From contig CM082578.2 in assembly GCA_040954595.2 (NCBI GenBank), forward strand, positions 16,935,703 to 16,999,702: DNA of 64,000 bases, written 5' to 3'. The stretch is from Balanoglossus misakiensis (taxonomy: Eukaryota; Animalia; Hemichordata). How positions within the stretch are numbered: the first letter of the stretch is position 1; every line of letters starts with the position of its first letter. Positions 50,301 to 62,300 of this stretch are shown one piece after another. The notes under the pieces are model-generated. The model saw only the letters and a program-made list of their open reading frames with translations. It was not told where the DNA came from and did no database searches. The position numbers and the translations under genes were made by a program.

Positions 50301-53300
50301 CTCTAATCACACCACTCTGTAGCATATCTTGCAGGTACTGTTGCAATTCTTCGTACATACCCATAGGGATTCGACGGTATTTATCTTTAAAGGGGGTTTC
50401 ATCCGTTAACTTTATCGAATGTGTTACCAATGTTGTGTGTCCCAAATCTCTCTCACCTGTAGAGAACACGGTTTGCCATTTACCAATGGTAGCCAAGGCT
50501 TGGTCTTTCTGGATTTCTGTTAATTCTGTATCTGCCTCTTGTAATCCCAGGTCTTTTATCAGCCAATCGGGTACTTTTGGTGAGGTGGTCCCATCTGAGT
50601 TTGTATCAATATCATCTCCATATGGATCTAAAGGCTGTGAGACATTAGATGCTAAGTTCATGTTACATAGGGTGCTTTTAGGGGGAACTGTGACAGCACG
50701 TGCTCCATAGTTGGTCACCATTACTGGGATTCGACATGAATTACCACGAGGCTCTAACTTCAACACGGCTGGAGTAACAAGTAAACCACCAGGTAAAAGT
50801 CTGTCATTTTCTGGTTCCACCACAACTACTGATTGACAATTTCTTAGGTCCACTCTGCAAAATCCATGGATGACTGTGCGTTCGTATGGTCCAATGGTTA
50901 TGGGTTTAGTAGTGGTAACTGTAAATGTCCTACCTTCGGCCCTCTGCCGGTGGATAGTCGCTTGGTATGCTAGTCTCCATACTGAGGATAGATCTGTACT
51001 GTACTGTGTATCTTCATCCACAAAATGTTGGAGAACATTTGTGCCTATCACAACTGGAACCATCTGATTATATTCCGTGTCTTCAACAACAAGCAATAAT
51101 ACATCTTTAGACATCTCTTGTCCATGGCTATCTGGGAATTTCACTTCAACTTCAATATAACCAAGGTAAGGAACTTCTGTACCACTAGCCCCTTCTACCT
51201 TCACCAAGTTGTTCAGGTCATGAATTGGTTTCTGTAGCTTCTCTCTGTTAAAAGTGTCAGCAACAGTAGATACCATGGACCCGGTGTCTATCAGCGCAAT
51301 ACACGAGGATCCTTCCAGCACAATCTCAGTTTCATTGGCGTGGCCTATTAAAGAATCAATAACATTAGAGGGACTGTTACCGTTCCGACCTAGCGCATGT
51401 CCCTCCGGATGCCTGGTCGCTCCCCATTTAAAGGACAGTCTGTCTTTTTGTGTCCATGTTCACCACACTTGAAGCAGTTGCCTGGGAAAACTTGTTTGGG
51501 TTGGCGAGTTCCATCGTTGCCACGCCGATCCCGGCCATTTTCATTGTTGACACGTCGGCGAAAAGTAGACTCTGGAGTTGATGATGTTGAAGTTCGCTTC
51601 TCTAGTTCAGCAACCTTCTCAGCTAAGTTCTTCAGACCTTTGGTAAGTTCCTCCAATTTGGTTATCATCGTCTTGTCAGCAACAGTTGCTTGGTGAACCC
51701 TGGTAGTGGTCTCCCTATTTACTTCAAGCTTTCTTGCGGCTAGCAACAATCCTGAATAATCTTCTCCCGTATCATATCGGTGTCTGATTGCATTCTTAAT
51801 GTGCTCATCTGACAGGCCAGAAAAGAATTTGGTTCGAAGCATGGTTTCTTCTGAATTACTAGAGATGGACTGACCTGATCTGAGTTCATCCAAAAGTCCT
51901 TCGATGCGACAGGCCCATTCTGCTACCTTTTCTGTCTTCGTTTGTCGTGCTGTATAGAATTTTTCCAAAACTGCTTCCGGTGGCAATACTTTCCCAAAGA
52001 CCATGTTCATCTTCGCCATCAATCGGGACACTGTGATGTCTTCTCCCATATGTAGTAGGACTTCAGCAGCGGACGCTCGTAGGGATTTCCGAACAGCCTG
52101 CATAATTATGGTCTCCGGAAACACATTCTCCCTCTGTAGTGCTCGAACTTCATATCGCCACATTTCATAAGTGACATCACCTTTGCCAGAGAAGACGACT
52201 ATTCTTGGGAATTCCACCGAGTGAAAAGCAGTAGTGGCTGTGGCTGGCTGTGCAGCAGCTGCTTGGGCAGGTGAAGACATAATAAATGGTGAAGAATCTG
52301 CAACTGAAGTTGGTACTGGAAATGCTGGAAATGGAATCGGATGTGGCATAGGGGTTGATACGATTGGTTTCAGTGGAGCAGGTGATATGGCCTGTGCAAC
52401 CGCTTTCCTATCTGCTTCAGACAGTAAACTCAACATGTTAATAATTTCCTGTACATCTGCTTTGGGTTTGGATGTCTTGGGATCACTGGTTTCATTGTAA
52501 TCTAGGCCAGTACTTTGTTCGGTTTCCTCAATTAAATGCCACAGTTCCAACCCTCGGGCTGTGGTCACACGACTTGCCCGTAATTTGCTTTCTTCAAAAG
52601 TGCTTTTATGTATTACTGGCAGAGCGGCTGTGGCTGATTCTATATTCTCAAATATGACAAAAGCGGAATCTTTATCAGAAATATAAATTTGATCAACCTG
52701 GGCCAAACCAAGCTGTAACTCGATAAATTCTCTAAAATGTTTCTTTGTACATTCAAAAGGCAAGTGTTGCACATAAATGCTTCGCTCTTGAATTGATATT
52801 TTGGACACAGCCATTTTTTTCCCCAGAAAATGAAAGGCAATTTGGGAGGATTCTGACGTGTCGTTAAATACGATGCAATGCAAGCTATTTCACTGGAAAA
52901 TCTTAACACTAATATCAGTATCTACTGGCATAGCACATACGTTAACAGGGAATGGACTAAGCATAGAATAGTTTACAGACACTGCCAAAGGTTCTATAGA
53001 GACTAATGTATGATTTGGATGAATACGACCATTCATGGACAGTCTCAATAATAATGAAACAACTAAATAACTAATACAATAATAAACTAACTCAAGTCAA
53101 TATACAATATTTAACTTATAACTTAATATTTTTTTTTTTCAACAAGCGCTGACAATTTTTTTTTCACGTCGTTTGGAAAATAATGAACTGAAATTTACAA
53201 AGAAAATTTATACTTCAGCACTTAACCAAAATATACTGTTGAAAGAAAATAATTTTTTTTTTTTTTTTAAAGCAGGCTAAAGGCAACAAAACATGGGTTT

Positions 53301-56300
53301 ATATCCACATGGAGCCCACTTCAACAATTAAATCAAAGTCAAAACTACTTTGACAACATTGCATTATATAGACAATATTGAAATTTCTAAGAAAAATTTG
53401 CAAACATTACGTTACACCAGGTTCTACGGCGAATAACCAGAAAGTTCGTTTGCAATAAAATACCCAGTCCACAAGTTCAAGTCCGAAGTTATCACAGATG
53501 GAAACTATGCGCCACGGACGGAATTTATGCGCACTGTCTATAGTTCGCACGGAATAACACTGTCAAGTTCTGGACACACAATACCTTGTATACCGCGATG
53601 AACACTTCACACTAAACAGTTCCGGCCGGTAACAGTTCAGCGACTTCACCACTTGGCACTCTGCAGAGAATTTTCCTCGCCGTTGACGCTTGGACCTGGC
53701 TCCCGTCTGTCTGCAGTCCGGTTGGCTCCCCAAGGACGTCCAGCTCAGCGAAAGACACACCTGGTTGGGCGTTGTCCGTTGTCCAGACACTTCTGACCAG
53801 TTAAAACATGGCACTTGTCAGTATCATCCTCTCCGTCCCGAAACAAGAACTTGCGTAGGAATTGCCAAATCCTGCCGACTACGCCATTTGTCACGGTTGT
53901 CGCCGTTCATTCCAACATATTCACACCAAACAGGTTACGGGTAACAAAGACATAGGCCTTACATTTAATAACTGAAATGGAACAAATACATGTCAGTTCC
54001 AACGTGTGTGGCCGGTCTGGCTACAGAGGTGAACTGCTAAATTACACACATGTATGGGAGTTCACCTCCAACAGAATACACCAAAATTCATGCAAATGAA
54101 AAATATAGACATACAATTGGAAAATTGACGCAAGTTAAAGACACCAATTACTTGTGCTGAAATGAGTCGGTAGAATGCACCAAAATACAAAGCTTCAAGC
54201 AACAGGTAAGGTACAAGGAAACTAACCTGAAATGGAACAAATACATGTCAGTTCCAACGTGTGTGGCCGGTCTGGCTACAGAGGTGAACTGACCAATTTT
54301 ATGCACCATGTCCTTTTATATCAGCAATTACATCATAGTGCCAGATTAGCTTGTGTTCATTGGTCAAATGAAACTTCCAGGTGGTTTGCATATAATTAAG
54401 ATCAACCAATTGAAGGTAAGTACTATTACGTCATATGAATAATTGAATAACTAATTACTATAAGATACAGGTATAACATACATACAGATATACATGTATA
54501 CAAATTCAATGGATCAACAAGGCCGTTACAATTCTAATAATTATGCAGTAAAAATTGGGATAGCAAACCTTTTCTTGTTCCAGTGACTGATACAAGGTGG
54601 CAGCTTCTTTCAGTTCGATGTCTAACTCCACCAACCTGTTGTCTAAAGCTGCCTTTACCTGCAGAAATTAGAGATATGACAGTTCAGTCTAAAAAATTCC
54701 TCTCTCAAGTGTTTACATATGCACACAAAACAACTTTTCATAAAATATTATGCTGACTACAACTAAAACCAAGTAACATTTGATGACAAATATTTCAGTG
54801 GCAAGTGACATCTGCACTGATGAGCTAATCTAGCAATCACAATGCATTATGAGTATAACACACAAAATTTCCACATGTACCTCTTGTAAATTTTGAAGGT
54901 TGGTTTTCAACGTCGTTTCACTGTTTTTCACACTGACTAGTTCCTTCTCTGTTTGCATCAGTGTTGCATGAACATTGTGTAAATCCGACTCTAAAGCTGA
55001 GCCTTTCTCTTGGGAATCCTGGAAAAGCAATGGGAAATACCAAAGTCCATAACTCTTGCATGTAGGGTCTGATTGAAATAATCACATGAAACCAAATGGC
55101 AAATGGCAGGATTGGATTACCACTCACTCTATTGTGCATGAGAGACAGACTTACCCGAAGCTGGGACTGTAGCTTAACAACTTGTGCTTCATAGTTTTTG
55201 CATTGATCACACTCTTTGGCAACTTCTTGTTCTAGAACCTGCAAATCAGTAATGATATTGAAAAAAGAAAGCGATTAGAGGCACGTTATTTGAATATCTT
55301 GCATTCTTGTCTAACTGGTGAATGTTGGCCATTATCCATGAAGTTCTCACCTCAATCTTTTTCTGCATCTCTTCCTGAAGGTTTTCTTTTTGCTCCAACT
55401 GCTGTTCCAATTCTTCACAGCGACCCATCTGTGACAGCAGATCACCAGTGTTATGATCAACACCAACACATTACATGGAAACACGGCATGCACAATATCA
55501 CATGAATGTTCAGAGGTGTCATAAATTTCAAAGGAAAAGTCCTTTCATCCTTCAATCACAAACACTTTACCTGCTTGGCTAGGTTTTCATCCTGATCTGA
55601 AATTTGCTGTTTCATCGTTCTGATCATTTCATCTTTGCTCTTCAACTGATCTTGTTGTTCATGTCTTTCTCTCTGCAACTCGCCAACTCTGGCGCTCAAC
55701 TCTGTCTCTACCTGGATCTTCTCTTCTAGCGATGACTACAATCAATCAATGAAGCACGCTTGCTGTCAATGACTACCCTAGGTGGTCCAATCCCCCTACA
55801 AAAAGCTCTGACTGGCCCAGTGATGATCACATGACGCATCACAGCTTCATTTTGGGCAAAAGGACCCCTAGCGTAGTCAAGATGCAGAGCATTTCAAGGA
55901 AGCATGTGCAGTTGATTTTTTAATTGTGCCAACACTAGTAGAGAGGAGCCATGCACAGACAGATAGATACATGTAGATTAGAGACAATGCCAGGTCTTTT
56001 GCTGTGTCAGCTGCTTATGTGGAGCAACAAATCACTTCAACAAAACAAGAGTCATATTAGTAGAATACATACGTACATGTACATGTAATGTTAGCTACAT
56101 GTACACATTTGTTTGTATTGTTAATAAAGATGCTGTGTTACTGTGTATACATGTACATGTACTGGTATGTGCAATACGCCAAGCTGTGAATATTACAATT
56201 GTGTGAAATATTTATTGCAGAATGACTGAACATTATTACGATCTTTGATGTATGTACATGTATCTGTGCTGCTTGAACACACTACCTTTGCTTCTTTAAG

Positions 56301-59300
56301 ATGTTGTTGAGTTGCTCCTAGTACTTTATTGAGTTCTGCCACCTGCTTCTGTCTTTCTTCAACTTTTCTACTGGACTCTGCCTGCATATCTCTCTGTAGA
56401 CATGACACAGTAATAGAATAAGCTGAACACAATAACACTTAACTAAAACGGTTCCTAAAACTGGTCTTGTTATTGTGTGCACAAACAATTTACGAAGAGA
56501 AAACAATCATGGCACACTAACCTTCTCTTCCTCATACTGTTTCCTTCTCTCTTCAAATTCCTTTGTTCTGTCGGACATCGTCTTGTTTGCCTTGTCCAGA
56601 GTTTCTTGCAAGGAAGCTTTTTCTTCTTTAAGACCTTTCAACTGAGAGTAACAACAACAAACAATGAAGACTGTATCAGAATAAATTTATTTATGAATTA
56701 TATTAGGATGCAGTGGTGTTGTCATGACCGAAACTACTGAGACTGAACACCTTCAATGTTACCTTCTCTTCTACTTCTTTCTGATATTTCAATGATTCCT
56801 GACTCAGTCTGTCCTGTTCTTCCTCCATTTTCTTCAGCTGCTGTGTGTAGTCACTTGTCACCTGTGTGGGTAGGAATGGAAAGTGCATTTGTACTGTACA
56901 CTCTACCAGTTCATGAATTACTAAAGCCCTACATGATTATGCCTGTTACACTTAGAGTATGTGATCGTTGGAAGTACTGTAAAATGGATTTGAGAGTCAT
57001 GATGGAACATGCATATTAAACTAAAGGTGTTCTTTTTCCTGCAGCTTCACTGCTACAAACATCAGATGACAGTCTAGGCAATCATTCGGCTAGACCACAA
57101 ACAAAAGTATCACCATTTCTCCAAAGCGACTTATTTTCTACAGTAATCTCTACCTTTTGCACTTCATCTTGCATTGTATTGAACTGTAACACCTTTTGCT
57201 GCAGTGTGTTCTGTAGGTTCTTGCACTGTTCTGAAATGCTGACATTTCTGTCCATTTCATTGTTCAGTTTCTCTGTCTGTACTGTCAAGTCTCTCTCCAG
57301 GTCAGTAAATTGCGTTCTCAATGAGCTCAGTTCTGTCGATGTCTGAAACAGAAATATGGACAATGTTAGCATGAATGGGTTTTAACATGAAGAGATTTAC
57401 CTGGAATGCAAACATGTTCAGGTGTTTCTTTACAGCAAAGACGTTTTATTCTAATTACCTCCTGTTGCTCCTTGCTGACCTGTTCAAGTGCATTTTCTTT
57501 TTCAGTTAGCGAAGTTTGAAGTGTTTGGATCTGGTTATCTAGTTCACTTTTCATTGTTGTCTTGGCATCTTCTGTATTACGGACCAGCTGCATCTGAAGT
57601 ATATCAATCATCATGAATATTTTCTCTGTTACTATTGAAAATGACGAGAAATTTATGGAAAGTAAAACTGAGTTATTGAAATGACATATGAAAAAGAATA
57701 GAATACCTATAAATAAAACAGGAAACAATTTGAAAATTGTATTAACTTACTTGTTCTTGCACATCAGATTCCAATGAAGACTTGTCATTCTCTAAAGACT
57801 CACACTTTTCCTGGAGTTCTCTGTGACTGGACTCAAGCTGTGAGTGTTGTTCTTTCTTACTTGAAAGTTCCCCAGAGACCTTACGATACAGAGCAGAAAC
57901 ACTATATAGAAATCTTATGAGGAAACACTTTTGACTCTTCATTTGCAACTTGAAAGGCACATTGGCAGTTGCAGAATGTATCATGATTTCTACTGTCTTT
58001 ATTCTGTATTCGTTTACTTCCCATACCTGACTGAGTTGCTGATGTACTTTGTTCAGTTCCGTCTGCTTATCTCCCTGTGCATTCTCCAGAGTCTTGATCT
58101 GATTTTCAAAATCGGCTTTCTGGGATGTCTTTGATGCCTCAGTTGCCATCAGCAGGTCATCCTGAAATGATGATGGGATGTGGTGAACTCTGACCCTTCA
58201 CCTCTGAGCTCTAGTACACGAATGTGCCTATGAGATTCCACTGATGCTGAGATACAATACATGTAAGGTCACTCAAGAAGCCTCACCTTTGCACTGATGT
58301 CAGACTCAAGGGCGGAAACCTTCTCCTGTGACACAGCCAGTTTACCAGTTACATCTATGCTGTGGCTGTCTGCCTTGTTGAATTTGTCAGTCATTTCTTC
58401 CAGCTTCGACTTGGTCTGTGTAGAAGTGAAAATAAAAACTCAGTTCTACCTGCAGCTGGGCTACACATACATGTAAATACATATATATATACATGTAAAT
58501 ACACATACATGCAAAGGTTTATGTAAAAATGTACACAGTCAACGGTTCAGGCATATGAGAGAGATATTTAGCAGTAAGAAAAAAAGACTGTACTGTACCT
58601 CTTGAAGTTGCTTGTGCAGGGCATCAGTCTTGTCGTGATAATCTTGAGATTGCTGTTCCAAGTTCTGCTCAGTGCTCGATAGTTTCTCTTGCAGTTCTTC
58701 CTGTGTTATACAGAATGACAGAACACATTCGCATTTGAGATGTGTTCACAATAATCTACTTTTAGCTATATGTGCCACCACACCTTCCCACTCCAGCTTA
58801 CAGTACATGTAGCTCCCTCTGGAATCCACTGCTTACTTTTGAAATTTTTCCAACTTCTTTTGAACTTAGGTACATCCCTGGTTTCAAATGTCTTTTAAGA
58901 TTAAATCACATTCAACATAAAAGGTAAATTACACTGATCAAACACAATGCAGAATAAACCTTAAAAACTTACATTTTCATGTTTCAGTTGATTTATAGCA
59001 GTCTCTACTCCTTCACCAGCTTCAATCTGTTAAAACAGAAATGTTGAATTTGTGTAAATATATGACGAAAAACTTCTGCAATGGAGCTAAAACTATATGT
59101 TCCTTTTTTTAAAAATCACCATAAAATAAAGCATTTATCACATTCTGTAAGCGTTAGAATTCATAATCGCCTATAACATGATGAATCTTATAATCTCCAG
59201 CTGTAATCACCTGTCCGAGAAGTTCTGCTCTCTCTGTTTCCAGTTTAGAGATGTTTTCCTTCCCTTTCCTCACAGACTCTTGCAATTCTTGTATCTTGCC

Positions 59301-62300
59301 ATCTCTGCGAAAAGGAGGGAAAAATCACCGATTACACCCGAGACACAACGATTTTAATTTCATGATTCTGAGCTACACATACAGATTGAAAATACATGCA
59401 ACACACTCTTAAGACAGTATACCAACTGTGTACTCAAGCAGCAAAGTCAATCATTTCATTGGCAAACTATTAACTCAGATACAATGTCCTTGTCTAAAAA
59501 TCACACTGAAAAAACCCTATGGTACAACTGTACATACAAACTGGCCACCTCACTGGCAGATGGAATTTCAGTCTGCTCAAGTGCCCAGTGACAATTGTAA
59601 GTTTTGAGATACCTGTTTTCAATCTGCCTGGCATCCTCTTCAACTTGACTCTGTTTTTCCCTGAGTTGCACGCGCAGTTCTTCATTGGTTTGGGTTTCAT
59701 TTTGTTTCTGGTGGCGAACGTCTTCTAGTTGTTTTTGCACGTCTTCAAGTGCTGCCTCTTTCTCTTTCACTTTATTTTGTGCCTTTTAGGGAGGAGGACA
59801 TCAGAAATGACAGAGAAGATGAGTGATTCACACTACATTTGTTTATTTCTATGACAGCCATGGACATATATTTTTTATACTCACTTTATTTAGTTCTAAC
59901 TGAATCGAATTAATCATCTGGTCTTTTTCATGTATGGCAGCCTGACTGGCCTGCTTAGAATCACCCATTTCCTTGTATAGTGACTCCAGTGTGGTCTCTC
60001 TATCACTCATCTCAGTTTTGAACTATAAAAAAACATCAACAGAAAAATCAGGAGATTAAAAGTGAGAAATGCAATGTTAACACAAGTGCTGAAGGTTTTT
60101 ATAATTGATTTCTTCAGTCTTATTCATTAACAGCAATAACTGTAACATGAAAGAGAACATTAATAATTAGTGGAATACATGCATAAATTAAAGCTGGCAG
60201 ATTTTTCCCTTCGATTTATTCACAGACTTGAACAAACAATGATGAGTTCTCTGCTTGAATATATCTGTATATATATCCAGCCTTCAAAATTTCCAAACCA
60301 ATTCCATTCAAATTCTAAAGGTTCTTGCCTTTTCTAATTCTTCCTGAAATAAGTGGAACTGTTGATTTTTCTCTTTAGTTTGCTGTGTCTGCTGCTTGTT
60401 TGCAAGATTCAGGTCAGTGCGTAATTTTTCCAGTGATGTTTCCCTCTCTGTCAGCTGCTGTTGCATCTGCAAAACATCAATAAAACCCAACATATTTCAT
60501 TTATTATCTGCTCTAGGTTCTTCTGAGAACATGAACAAAATTGCAGCAGAGACACTCACATTTTAATGTGGTGGGAGAAAAAAAAATTCTGCTCCAGTAT
60601 TCTCAACGAAAAATGTTAGCTTTCATAATAAATATGGGAATGAAAATTCTGACCTTGGTCATTTCTCCTTCAAGGCTGGCAAACTGTTGGCTTTTCTTCT
60701 GCAATTCATCTTGCAGTTGTTTGGCACTGGTACTGCTCTCTGTCAGTGACGCCTGTAATCTGTGATGTCAAAATATGACACAGATGTCTTGATACAAAGC
60801 CAACACTAGCCAGTGTACATTTCCCTCCCCACAAACAATTTTTGCCCCAACCCTCATTTTGTTGACGACGGTATTCAATTAAACCCTCACATTTTCACAA
60901 ATATTTCATGTCTGCAGTACAAGTACTTCATTCCCTTCTAAAGCATCTTCCAATTTTCTCCGTCACTTTCATGTGGGATGGAAAAATCCCTAAATGTGCT
61001 ACAACATGTATGTCTTTAATCACAAGGAAATGGAGTTGTCAAGACTTACAAGTCACACACAAAAATACTCAGGAAGTCACGAGCACCACAAAGTATTTTC
61101 ATTAAAACTGTGTTGACAGGAAGTCTTACAGTCTTACCACATACATGTAGGTATGTATGTATATATCATGTATACAGTATGTACACATGTTACAGTAGCT
61201 GAGAGACTTTTACAACCATACTTGAAAAAAACACTTTGGAGCGTGTAAACTCTGCTTAACCTGGGTTGCATGCCTCTCAAATAACAAACTCTGTATTGAG
61301 TATTGGAGAACTGTATTCCATTAAGGCAATGCACGGGGATTCAAATTGCTAGGTGATGGCTGCTAATTTGCATCACTGATGAAAATAGTTTTGCGGACTT
61401 CCTTGATTGCAAGTAAAAGCACAGTACCTGTCAATATCTGTCACTGTTGGACCCTCGGCGATATCGGCCTTGAACTTGTCTACTGATTTTTCCAACCTGG
61501 AGGTATATGATGAAGATATCAATTAACAGATCTTGAAAAGTGTACCTATGATACTGATACTAATGTAATGTTCTTGTATGGATCTACCACACATGTACAT
61601 GTATACTGACAATCCCCCCTCCTGCCTTCATTACTTACTCTTGATTTTGTTCCTTGAGCTGCTCATTTTCCTTTCTCAACTCGTCCTTTATGACTTCGCC
61701 TTCCAAGGTCAACTTGTCCATGAGTTGCTGCACCGAGATCAGTTCCTTCTTCAGTACAATGACATCATCGGCTCCCGGTCTGTGAAAGAAATTAACATGA
61801 CATTGAAATATCCCAGAAGCAAGCAAGGCACACACAATGTAATGGTGGTAGTTTCCATATAAACATCCATCTCTGTATTTGATCACCCATCACAGTTTTG
61901 TCTAAAATGTTCATATTTCAGCCTTTGTCTCCCAAGTTCAGTATGCTGGTTACCACAGTATAGTCTAGACATAGCACCAAACTAACATTCCTCCAAAGTA
62001 AACTGTTTGATGAATTAAATGCATATGGTTTGAAAACCTGGTGTTTAAAAATCATACCTCTGCAATAATTCAGTTTCCAATTCATGTGTTCGGCTCTTTG
62101 ATGCTGCAAGTTCCGTCTGAATAAAGCATAAAAAAACATGAAGATTTTCAACGACGTAAAAACTTTCACACACATATTTCACTCATCACCTTTTATGAAA
62201 AGGTGTAAAATTTCATTCAGAACAGATGTTACAAGAAGGTGTGCACAAACAAGATGTGTTGACTCAGACAATTAAGTCTTTGCATGGCCAGAGTGGATTT

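Larger units (their letters stand above)
46472..54530 (-). mobile_element. Full-length Ty3/Gypsy LTR retrotransposon (8059 bp) in an EEA1 intron
   Basis: TG...CA LTRs, 4-bp target-site duplication ATTC (46468-46471 and 54531-54534), primer binding site, intact gag, and pol in PR-RT-RH-IN order. Confidence 0.98.

Noticed and set aside
53868-53886. tRNA-Ser gene
   Set aside because: Only the 3' 19 nt including CCA are present; this is the retrotransposon primer binding site.
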